A stretch of DNA of 64,000 nucleotides. It comes from Candidatus Ancaeobacter aquaticus. GTDB lineage: Bacteria; Auribacterota; Ancaeobacteria; Ancaeobacterales; Ancaeobacteraceae. Below, piece by piece: positions 47,019 through 55,217 of this stretch. Below the pieces are notes generated by a model. The model made no database searches. It was given only the letters and a program-made list of their open reading frames with translations, and was not told the DNA's origin. The position numbers and the translations under genes were made by a program. The DNA lies in contig JAVCCP010000071.1 of assembly GCA_030765405.1 (NCBI GenBank), forward strand, positions 8,615 through 72,614, read 5' to 3'. Positions within the stretch are counted from its first letter, which is position 1. Each line of letters opens with the position of its first letter.

Positions 47019-48282
47019 GTTGAGGAACTAATTCTTCGAGAGAATTCTTTAATGCTATCACCCCTTCAAGCTGATTTTCATCATCAGTAACCGGCAGCAC
47101 ATCAAAATCATATTTAGCAAACATTCGCATTACTTCTTTTCGATTAGTATCAACCTTTACGCGAATCACATTCTCATGCATAAACTCACCGATCTTGGTA
47201 TCTGGCTCATTGATCATAATCCTTCTTAATGTGGTCACACCTCTAAGACTATTATCATCATCAGTTATATAAATATAATTTATTAATTCTATTTCTTGAG
47301 CAGCTTTACGTATTTTTTCTAAAGCTGCTTGTACCGTCATATCAGCACTCAACGTAATATAATCAAGCTCCATAAAACTACCCGCTTCATTTTTAGGGAC
47401 AGCAGCAATCTCTCTTATTTTTTCAACTTCTTCTTTATCTAATGTACTTAAAAGGACTTCTGCTTTCCTATCCGGAAGCTCAACTATAATATCTGCAATA
47501 TCATCTACCGGTAATTCTTTAAATATCTGCGTGCCTTTTTCTTTTCCAATCGCCTCAAAAACTGTCTTTCTCACATGCGGACTCACTTCTTTTATTACAT
47601 TTGCTGCGGTTTCAGTATCAAGCGCCCTAAAAAGATTCATCCTTTCCTTCATACCGAGATCTTCAATAATTTCAGCTAAATCAGCAGGCCACAAACCTGA
47701 CAACTTTTGTTGTGTAACTTTTAGTTTAAGGACAGAAGAAGGCTTTCCAGGCTCATCAAGACTTTGTACATATTTCCATGAAATAAAACGTTCTTTCAAG
47801 GTGTAGTCAAATAACCAGTGTGTAATATTATCAACGATTTTCTCAAATCCTAATCGACGCATAATCCCTCGTGCACCTACATCCGCATGCACAACCCAAA
47901 GAATATCTTTTTCTTTCAACAAGTGAAAATCATTCACACGCACAACATTCGCTCCATACGTATCCACTATTTGCATATCGAGATATTCATCTTTCAATAG
48001 AAACTCACCTTCGGAAGGTTCATACACTTTGAGAAGATCTTGATACTCACCCTTCAACAAATACATACGATTTTTAACATATTCGAGTTTGTTCCACGGA
48101 ATAATCATCTGTTTTTTCGTTTTCTTTTGCATAATAAGTGCGCCGACAATCCGTGGATATAGCTCCTTAGTAGATGCAACTAAATCAACAATACGCCCTA
48201 TCATAACAGAGGTATCCTGTTCAATAACCTCGCAATCCAACATCTCGGTAAAATAAAGAAAATGTTTATGTTTATCGATCAT
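47005..48282 (-). CDS. Soluble MgtE-N-domain plus CBS-pair protein with N-terminal PRC-barrel-like repeats; no MgtE membrane domain
   Basis: MgtE_N-like helices are LWPADLAEIIEDLGMKERMNLFRALDTETAANVI...LPVDDIADIIVELPDRKAEVLLSTL. A tandem CBS region follows. No transmembrane segments. It overlaps the NRAMP gene by 14 nt. Confidence 0.75.
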   Translation of the reverse strand: MIDKHKHFLYFTEMLDCEVIEQDTSVMIGRIVDLVASTKELYPRIVGALIMQKKTKKQMIIPWNKLEYVKNRMYLLKGEYQDLLKVYEPSEGEFLLKDEYLDMQIVDTYGANVVRVNDFHLLKEKDILWVVHADVGARGIMRRLGFEKIVDNITHWLFDYTLKERFISWKYVQSLDEPGKPSSVLKLKVTQQKLSGLWPADLAEIIEDLGMKERMNLFRALDTETAANVIKEVSPHVRKTVFEAIGKEKGTQIFKELPVDDIADIIVELPDRKAEVLLSTLDKEEVEKIREIAAVPKNEAGSFMELDYITLSADMTVQAALEKIRKAAQEIELINYIYITDDDNSLRGVTTLRRIMINEPDTKIGEFMHENVIRVKVDTNRKEVMRMFAKYDFDVLPVTDDENQLEGVIALKNSLEELVPQLARE

Positions 48283-49942
48283 ATATATCCTTTTGATTCG
48301 TAATCAAATATCTTCCATATGAATCATACATGAGTCGTGTTCTATCTGGAAACATATTTTTCAAGATATCAAAATCACCCGGCTCTTTTGTAATAAAAAA
48401 CACTCTTTTGTGCCCGTTAAACAACTGCTCAAATTCATTCCAGTTTACAAAATATTTCCTGTGCTCTGGATACCTACTGCCAAAATCAAGATCACCGTCT
48501 ACTCTCCATGGTTCGCACACAACGTAAGCGCGTTTTTTGAGGTAGAATGAGGCAGTTGAGTTTCTTTCATACTTACCTCTAATAACAATGAGATCACCAT
48601 CATTATAATGCGTATTAATAATGTAAGCATGCTCATTCGCAGATTTCTCATCATTCACTAAGAACGTATTTTGAGACAAGACAACACCTGCACAACCTAC
48701 CCCTATAAGAAACACGATAAACGCAGTTGTTCGTTTATCTCTAAAAAACAAAAATACTGATAGGAGCGCACCCAACATCATAAAAAAGAGCATAAGCACA
48801 GATGCCGGATATACTTCTATAGAAAGATTATCACACACAATCTGTGGATAGATCAGTAGAAGCGTCAAACATGCAAATCCTGCTAAGATATATATACTAA
48901 AAGTTATTGCAACTATTCGTCTTTCAATTTTTCGCGCCATATCAACAATGCCCGCCTCCCACACAAGTCCTATACATAAAGCAACCGGTACAAGTGCAGA
49001 GAGCATATAATAATTTGCTTTCGCTTTAGAAAGAGAAAAGAAAATAAGAATGGTAAGGAACCATACCGCAAAAAATAGCCAGTTCTCTTTTTTACCGATC
49101 TTTTTTATATAATAGTAAATGCCTGCAGGAATAAAAATACTCCACGGGAAAAGCATGGCGAATAATCTCAGTACATGGTAATAGATAGGACCATGAAAAT
49201 AATCTATCGGATACCGTATACCAAGGTATCGATAGACATGTTCATTAATAAAATAATACCACAGAAATTCCTTATTCTTAATTGCGGCGGCGACATGCCA
49301 CGGTGCGGCAACAACAATAAAGATGATTACCCCTTCGAGTAGATATATATTCTTTAGTATGCGCCATCTTCGCGTAACACAGATATACGCGATAATAACA
49401 AGTACCGGTAAAATTATTCCTGCGAATCCTTTTGTAAGAACAGCAAGTGCCAATACAATATAAAACATATAAAAATACTTGCGCGCATGCTTCTCTATTC
49501 CCACATAAAACAACAGAAGAGAGAGTCCAATCAAGCATGAAAAGAGCATGTCCATATAACAAATTTTGGACATCATAATAAATCCAAAACTTGTCCCTAG
49601 GATAAGTGCAGACATGAACCCATATAAACGGTTTTTGAGTCGCGCACCTGCGCCATAAGTAATTATAACCAGTCCTAGTGCGGGAATAGCAGCCCATAAA
49701 CGTGCTGCTGCTTCATTACACCCCATGACTTTATAGGTTAATGCGGTAAGCCAGTAAAAAAAAGGTGGTTTTTCAAGATAAGGAACATAATTCAAATGGG
49801 GAACAATAAAATCTTTCATTTCCATCATTTCACGTGCTAACTCAGCGTAGTTTCCTTCACTATCACCGATTAATGGAAATGAGCCATTGCCCAGAAAAAA
49901 GAGAATGTATCCAACAATTGTTAAAATTATAATGTACAACAT
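48272..49942 (-). CDS. ArnT/PMT-like (GT39/GT83-type) membrane glycosyltransferase
   Basis: 556 aa. The N-terminus GDSEGNYAELAREMMEMKDFIVPHLNYVPYLEKPPFFYWL is typical of undecaprenyl-phosphate-sugar dependent glycosyltransferases. About 12 TM helices plus a C-terminal soluble domain. Confidence 0.8.
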   Translation of the reverse strand: MLYIIILTIVGYILFFLGNGSFPLIGDSEGNYAELAREMMEMKDFIVPHLNYVPYLEKPPFFYWLTALTYKVMGCNEAAARLWAAIPALGLVIITYGAGARLKNRLYGFMSALILGTSFGFIMMSKICYMDMLFSCLIGLSLLLFYVGIEKHARKYFYMFYIVLALAVLTKGFAGIILPVLVIIAYICVTRRWRILKNIYLLEGVIIFIVVAAPWHVAAAIKNKEFLWYYFINEHVYRYLGIRYPIDYFHGPIYYHVLRLFAMLFPWSIFIPAGIYYYIKKIGKKENWLFFAVWFLTILIFFSLSKAKANYYMLSALVPVALCIGLVWEAGIVDMARKIERRIVAITFSIYILAGFACLTLLLIYPQIVCDNLSIEVYPASVLMLFFMMLGALLSVFLFFRDKRTTAFIVFLIGVGCAGVVLSQNTFLVNDEKSANEHAYIINTHYNDGDLIVIRGKYERNSTASFYLKKRAYVVCEPWRVDGDLDFGSRYPEHRKYFVNWNEFEQLFNGHKRVFFITKEPGDFDILKNMFPDRTRLMYDSYGRYLITNQKDIYDR

Positions 49943-50095
49943 AAAAGCCTCTCCACACTTATTATTCTCTCAATGAGATGTCCGGGGTAAGAGGTTTACT
50001 TTAAAGATATACTACACACACATGCACTACGAATAAGCATTTGAGAGGTAACCTCAAGCATCGTGCTAAAGATCGCCTCTCAGTATATTAAGAAA

Positions 50096-51037
50096 TTAAT
50101 TCATTTTTTCTTTTTCACGCACAAAACGTTCAGTGCGTATTGAATATACGGGATTAGAAATACTTTTACCGGCTAATTTTTTATCTATTCTATTGATACG
50201 ATCTTTAGCTTTAGGATGTGTTTTAAACCAGCCACCGGTTTCATTGCCTTCATTCATCGCATCCATATTAACAAGAAAAGTACGAAGACCAGACGGGTTA
50301 TACCCAGCTTTGGTAACAATTTCAATAGCCATCGCATCAGCTTCATATTCCTTGCTTCTACTATATCCTTTTGTGACAAGATCGTTGGTTATATCTGTTA
50401 CCGCACCTTGCATGACATCTTTAAGACTTCCGACATTGACATCCGTATATTGATTAAGAGCATAGTTTCCTGCTTCAGATGCAGTAATTGCCGCAAGATT
50501 GGAAAGACGTGAGCTTTTAATTGTTCCTACACCATGTTTTAATTTAACATGTGCTATTTCATGGGCAAGGATATTTGCTAGTTCATCTTCATTTTGTACC
50601 AGCTTTAATGTACCTTTCGTAATAAAGACATATCCTCCCGGTGTGGCCATAGCATTAACCTCATCCGAATCAAGTACTATAAAATGGTATCCACCGTATG
50701 TCCCCGGCGTACCAGAGGCATAGAGCACCGTATTTCCTACCTTATTAACATAATGCAACAATTCAGGATTATCATAGTTGCCATATTTATCGAATAAATT
50801 AACCGCAATAGCGCGCCCTAAATAGTATTCTTGTTCCTCGGTTATGCCTTCCGCTGCTTTAAAAAAAGCTGATCCCGTATTGGCTATTGCGCTCCCTGCA
50901 CCTGATGGAAGATATCCAGTTTGAGATGCAACAGATGCTGCAGCCTGGAGGGCTCCATCCATTGTCTGACAACCATGTAATACAAGTGTAAACGCACAAA
51001 ATAAAAGAAGTATACCGTTTTTCATTATTGATCGCAT
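50096..51037 (-). CDS. M48-family Zn metallopeptidase, probable lipoprotein
   Basis: HEIAHV (HExxH) in a LAHEIAHVKLKH context. Signal peptide ends in LHGC. Confidence 0.85.
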   Translation of the reverse strand: MRSIMKNGILLLFCAFTLVLHGCQTMDGALQAAASVASQTGYLPSGAGSAIANTGSAFFKAAEGITEEQEYYLGRAIAVNLFDKYGNYDNPELLHYVNKVGNTVLYASGTPGTYGGYHFIVLDSDEVNAMATPGGYVFITKGTLKLVQNEDELANILAHEIAHVKLKHGVGTIKSSRLSNLAAITASEAGNYALNQYTDVNVGSLKDVMQGAVTDITNDLVTKGYSRSKEYEADAMAIEIVTKAGYNPSGLRTFLVNMDAMNEGNETGGWFKTHPKAKDRINRIDKKLAGKSISNPVYSIRTERFVREKEKMN

Positions 51038-51519
51038 GAGACACCTCCAAACTCGCCGAGTTTTCCTTCTCGCATAAACTCAACTAATTCATAATCTCCT
51101 ATTTCAATAGCCTCTATTTGATCTAACAAGGCATAATTAAACCCTGGATTTTCTTCTCTATATTTTTTTTCAACCAACGGATTAAATCCTTTACCTGCAA
51201 GCGCTACTTCATCAGCAGAAATATTTCCCGTACCGACTTTACCGGCATGTGACAGATTAAGCTTTTTTAAAACACATGATGAGGCATGGATCCATCCAAC
51301 AGCACCGGATGAAGTTTTAACCTTTATCCACTGATTTTGTTTCCCCATTTCATCCAACCAATCTCCTCGTAAGACAGTTGCTATTGATGGCGCATAAAAT
51401 TTTGGAAGTTTCCTGACTTTTGCTTTCTTTTGCCTTACAGTAATAGTTTTAGCGTAACACGTCTCGGAAACAAAAAACACTGCCATAAACACAATTAGAA
51501 TATATAGATATTTCTTCAT
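51025..51519 (-). CDS. Secreted bacterial SH3-domain protein
   Basis: Signal peptide, then an SH3_3-like segment AKVRKLPKFYAPSIATVLRGDWLDEMGKQNQWIKVKTSSGAVGWIHASS. Strong SD GGGAGGGAG. It overlaps the M48 gene by 13 nt. Confidence 0.6.
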   Translation of the reverse strand: MKKYLYILIVFMAVFFVSETCYAKTITVRQKKAKVRKLPKFYAPSIATVLRGDWLDEMGKQNQWIKVKTSSGAVGWIHASSCVLKKLNLSHAGKVGTGNISADEVALAGKGFNPLVEKKYREENPGFNYALLDQIEAIEIGDYELVEFMREGKLGEFGGVSCDQ

Positions 51520-51536
51520 ACAAACTCCCTCCCTTT

Positions 51537-51811
51537 AGGGGTTGTGAAATAATAATACCCCCAATTTGGAGGCTCAAGTTTGAACCGTATGCAAGACGCT
51601 ACAACGCTGACGTCCCCTCTGTGGTACGTCAAGGAGGAGCAACAAAGCAGACGGTCAAAGATGAGCCTCCCCAAATGGGCTGGCCACTTTTTGGCTGCAA
51701 CGGCGTCACTCATTGTTTGCGTATCGCAGGGGATACGCGGCACTCTTCGTTCCTTGTTTCGCTCAAAAATAGACTCAGCCAAATTGTGGATATTATTATT
51801 TCACAACTCCT
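51537..51811 (-). ncRNA. Candidate structured RNA or cis-regulatory leader of unknown class; alternative reading is a MITE-like insert with ~29-bp terminal inverted repeats
   Basis: The core is GC-rich within AT-rich surroundings. The closing helix 51541-51569 / 51779-51807 has 29 positions with 2 mismatches and can extend by 4 bp. At least four internal helices are present (see finding). The strand was chosen from context: the element ends 4 nt before the SD of the SH3 gene. Confidence 0.4.
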
Positions 51812-51902
51812 TATTCTTTCCTCGAAATAGTGTACCATAATTCGCATAAAAACAAACGAAAAAGAACCTACGAGAGGAAAGATCATGCACATCAAGATAA
51901 CA

Positions 51903-54038
51903 CTACTTTGACTGAAGAACACTCACGCCATCCCAATCATCACCAGGAGGCTGTTTTTTAGAGTCTTCAATACGCTGCACATACAACTGAGCAACACTAT
52001 CATGTGGCGACAAGCGTAGACCGTCTTTAAATATGGTTGATGCTTTGTCCCACTCCCTTTGACGATACGCTTCTAACCCCTCATGATATATTTTGAGGGC
52101 ATCTAAAATACTTTGCGATAATTCGCCCTTTTTGGAAAGAAGTTCATATACACGTATGGGCTTATTTTTACCTTTAACCTTCACGAGATCTAATTCTCTG
52201 GCTTCAATAGTATCCCCGGCAAGCTCGCGTGTTCTTTGACTAATCATTATTTTGCTACCATAAATCTTATTCGCGCTTTCAAGACGTGCGCCTAAATTAA
52301 CTGTATCTCCAATAACAGTATAATCAAAACGTTTATGTGATCCCATATTCCCTACAAGCACAATCCCGGAACTAATTCCTATGCGGGTATTTAGCTCTGG
52401 CAGTTCGCGCTGCTTTAGTGATTCATTCAGCACAAGAAGCATCTTTTGACAATCGAGTGCGGCATAACATGCTCGCGCGGCATGATCATTTTGAGATAGC
52501 GGCGCTCCCCACAAAGCCATAACCGCATCACCCAAAAATTTATCTACGGTACCGGCATATGACAAAATAACGTCGCCCACTTCATTTAAATACTCATTGA
52601 GAATATCAACAAGTTTTTCTGGTTCCATGCGTTCTGATATTGTCGTAAATCCCGCAATATCGGAAAAAAATACTGTCAGTTCTTTCCGCTCACCGCCTAA
52701 CTTTAATTTTTCAGGATATTTTAATATCTCATTTACAACAATTGGGGATGAATATTGCTGAAATGCTTGTTTTATTTTTCGTTTATTTCTACCTTCTGTT
52801 GCATAATTGATAATACTTGAGACCATAACAGTTATAAAAAAACACATAAGTGGCGCCATCATCTCAAACAATACACCATACTTAAAAAGAAGCATATCTA
52901 TTGAAACAAACAGGACCAGTACCATACTGATAAGTACACATATCACCCTCACTGACTGTAAAGAATAGACAATTATACCGATGATAAGCGCAATCAGTAA
53001 TGAAATTGCATAGACAACTTCCTTCGGCATTTCTCTAATGAAATCTCTTTGCAGAATATTATCAAGCACTGTTGCATGCACTTCAGCACCGGGATAAATT
53101 GATGAAAAGGGTGTTACTCTCAAATCCATTAGCCCGGGAGCACTACACCCGACAAATACTATTTTATCTTTAACAATCGAGGATTCATAAATAGGTTTGA
53201 GCCCAGACTGAATCCTCACAGCAGATTGGATAATATCACCTATGGAGAATGCTTTGTAACATCCAGCAGAGCCATAATATCGAATTATCATTCTCCCTTG
53301 TCGATCAACGGGGATATTTCGATCCCCAACGGAGAGCACCTCATCACGATACCTAAGGCTATCAGCACTCAAAAGAGTCTTATAGGGAGCAAAAGCAAGG
53401 AAGGGAAAAACGTTTTTATCTATACGACTTACAATGGGAGCTCTTCTAAATACACCGTCTTGGTCTGGTTCCCCTGCAACATTCCCTACACCTTTAGTGG
53501 CTTTTAAAAGTTCTTTTATGGGAGGGGTATAAGAAAAATACTCAATAAGATCACTGTTTTCTATCCCCTGAACATTAAGCGCACCCTTATCAATAAAAAG
53601 GCTCTTGTCATTCTCATTTTTCTTTTCTTTCTTACTGCCAAAAAACGCAAAATAAGCTGCTCCATATTCTTTTATCGACTGTGCAAAATCTTCATCATCC
53701 TCTGAACCAAACGATGATGTTTCAGTGTAAAGCATATCAAAAACAAGCGCTGCGGCGCCACCTTGCATACAGAAATCAACAACAGGTTTATACATACCAC
53801 GCGGCCATGGCCAGTTTATGCCCTCATTGTTCGCATAGTGATCAATACTTGCCTGATCAATATAGAAAAGTACAATGTTACGCCCCGCCTTATCACTATC
53901 ACTTAAAACTCGGCATCTCCAATCATACGTTTTAAACTCAAACGTTTGAAGAAATGATGTGTGATCAAGGAGAACTACAACAAGAAACACAGCTACTGCC
54001 GTCACTATTCCCTGGATAATTTTTGTTTTCCTATTCAC
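51903..54038 (-). CDS. CHASE2-sensor class III adenylate/guanylate cyclase with a C-terminal TPR-like region
   Basis: N-terminal transmembrane helix plus periplasmic CHASE2, then a transmembrane cluster. The cyclase core reads ELTVFFSDIAGFTTISE...KFLGDAVMALWGAP...GISSGIVLVGNMGS...YTVIGDTVNLGARLE. Confidence 0.88.
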   Translation of the reverse strand: MNRKTKIIQGIVTAVAVFLVVVLLDHTSFLQTFEFKTYDWRCRVLSDSDKAGRNIVLFYIDQASIDHYANNEGINWPWPRGMYKPVVDFCMQGGAAALVFDMLYTETSSFGSEDDEDFAQSIKEYGAAYFAFFGSKKEKKNENDKSLFIDKGALNVQGIENSDLIEYFSYTPPIKELLKATKGVGNVAGEPDQDGVFRRAPIVSRIDKNVFPFLAFAPYKTLLSADSLRYRDEVLSVGDRNIPVDRQGRMIIRYYGSAGCYKAFSIGDIIQSAVRIQSGLKPIYESSIVKDKIVFVGCSAPGLMDLRVTPFSSIYPGAEVHATVLDNILQRDFIREMPKEVVYAISLLIALIIGIIVYSLQSVRVICVLISMVLVLFVSIDMLLFKYGVLFEMMAPLMCFFITVMVSSIINYATEGRNKRKIKQAFQQYSSPIVVNEILKYPEKLKLGGERKELTVFFSDIAGFTTISERMEPEKLVDILNEYLNEVGDVILSYAGTVDKFLGDAVMALWGAPLSQNDHAARACYAALDCQKMLLVLNESLKQRELPELNTRIGISSGIVLVGNMGSHKRFDYTVIGDTVNLGARLESANKIYGSKIMISQRTRELAGDTIEARELDLVKVKGKNKPIRVYELLSKKGELSQSILDALKIYHEGLEAYRQREWDKASTIFKDGLRLSPHDSVAQLYVQRIEDSKKQPPGDDWDGVSVLQSK

Positions 54039-54169
54039 CGATACCTCGAATATCTCTTAATCTCATGTTTTCCTAAATGTCTATTTATTCGCTATCTTGG
54101 TTCTTTTTTGCCCCTTGACGATACAAAAAGTTATATATAGTATGGTAATATAATTGTAATGGAGACGCT

Positions 54170-54433
54170 ATGAAAAATAACGTAAAAAAACTACTCTACG
54201 GTCTCGGCTTTGACAATAAGGACGGCCACACACGGATAACAAAAGGTGACAATTTTCGTTTATACGGTGGCTCTGAGGAAACCCATGAACTCATGCAGGA
54301 AAAATCAATTAAAATAAATGAAGAGCTTCGAAAGAAGGGTAAAAACCTTGATAATGTATCAGATAAAGAGTTTCTTGATATTGCCGATAAAGTAGGAATA
54401 AAGCCAATAGAACCGCCAAATGCTAAGAACTAA
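54170..54433 (+). CDS. Small conserved-looking hypothetical protein
   Basis: 87 aa, GLGFDNKDGHTRITKGDNFRLYGGSEETHELM... An RBS-like GGAG lies upstream. No assignable family. Confidence 0.4.
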   Translation: MKNNVKKLLYGLGFDNKDGHTRITKGDNFRLYGGSEETHELMQEKSIKINEELRKKGKNLDNVSDKEFLDIADKVGIKPIEPPNAKN

Positions 54434-54446
54434 TTCTGGTATCTCT

Positions 54447-54507
54447 TAGCGTGTAGCGAATAGTTAAAAAATTAAAGCAAAATCTAAACGCTACGCGCTA
54501 TACGCTA
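54447..54507. repeat. Opposed NNCGCTA heptamer arrays forming a dyad between convergent genes
   Basis: tagcgtg tagcgaa (54447-54460) faces aacgcta cgcgcta tacgcta (54487-54507). Confidence 0.75.
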
Positions 54508-54512
54508 AATAA

Positions 54513-55217
54513 CTACGGAGTTTTGTCCCGTTCATTAAGTTTATCTAAAGCTTTTCTGATCGTACATTCTTCTTTAAAACATTTAATATGATCATCAATG
54601 CAATCAATCTCTTGCTGAATTAGCCCCAATCGTTCTGCAATAGGGTCCGGGAGATCAGCATGATCAAGCTTAACAGAAGGAACCTTTTCACCTTTTTTCC
54701 GAACAATCGACGCAGGAACTCCCACAACAGTACAATCGTTGGGGACATCTTTAATAACAACTGACCCAGATCCAATATTTACATTATTCCCGATTACAAT
54801 ATTTCCTAACACCTTTGCTCCGGCACCGACAGTCACATTATTGCCAATTGTCGGATGACGCTTTCCCTTGATATACCCCACACCGCCAAGAGTCGCACAC
54901 TGATAAAGAGTAACATTATCGCCAATAATGGTTGTTTCACCTATAACAACACCCATACCATGGTCAATAAAAAATGATTTACCGATCTGGGCTCCGGGAT
55001 GAATCTCAATACCGGTAAAAAACCGTGCTATCTGTGCCAACAGTCGAGGAATAACAGGTATCTTGAGCGTCGTGTGCAAATAATGATTTATACGATGACA
55101 TATAAGCGCATGAAAACCTGAGTAACATAAAATAATCTCAATTTTACCGCTTAACCCACGGGCTGCGGGATCACGATCGATAACTGCGCTAAAATCATCT
55201 CTAAGTATTTTAAACAT
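54513..55217 (-). CDS. cysE: Serine O-acetyltransferase
   Basis: DRDPAARG, HRINHYL, IHPGAQIGKSFFIDHGMGVVIGETTIIGDNVTLYQCATLGG and hexapeptide repeats. Confidence 0.88.
   Translation of the reverse strand: MFKILRDDFSAVIDRDPAARGLSGKIEIILCYSGFHALICHRINHYLHTTLKIPVIPRLLAQIARFFTGIEIHPGAQIGKSFFIDHGMGVVIGETTIIGDNVTLYQCATLGGVGYIKGKRHPTIGNNVTVGAGAKVLGNIVIGNNVNIGSGSVVIKDVPNDCTVVGVPASIVRKKGEKVPSVKLDHADLPDPIAERLGLIQQEIDCIDDHIKCFKEECTIRKALDKLNERDKTP

Noticed and set aside
51579-51660. Local resemblances to known RNA motifs: GGAGGAGCAAC (glycine-riboswitch-like, plus strand), GUCAGC...GUAGCG (ydaO-like, minus strand), GAACCGUAUGC (group II intron domain V-like), GGGGAGGCUC (M-box-like)
   Set aside because: Each is an isolated word match. 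The surrounding conserved segments and the expected secondary structures of those families are absent, and the glycine-like match is on the strand with no downstream gene.
51516-51840. ORFs of 88, 86 and 69 aa inside the cyclase-SH3 spacer
   Set aside because: They have an R/C/W/P-rich composition unlike the rest of the proteome and no SD. They overlap each other on both strands, and the region is better explained by the extensive base pairing. They remain the main alternative to test.
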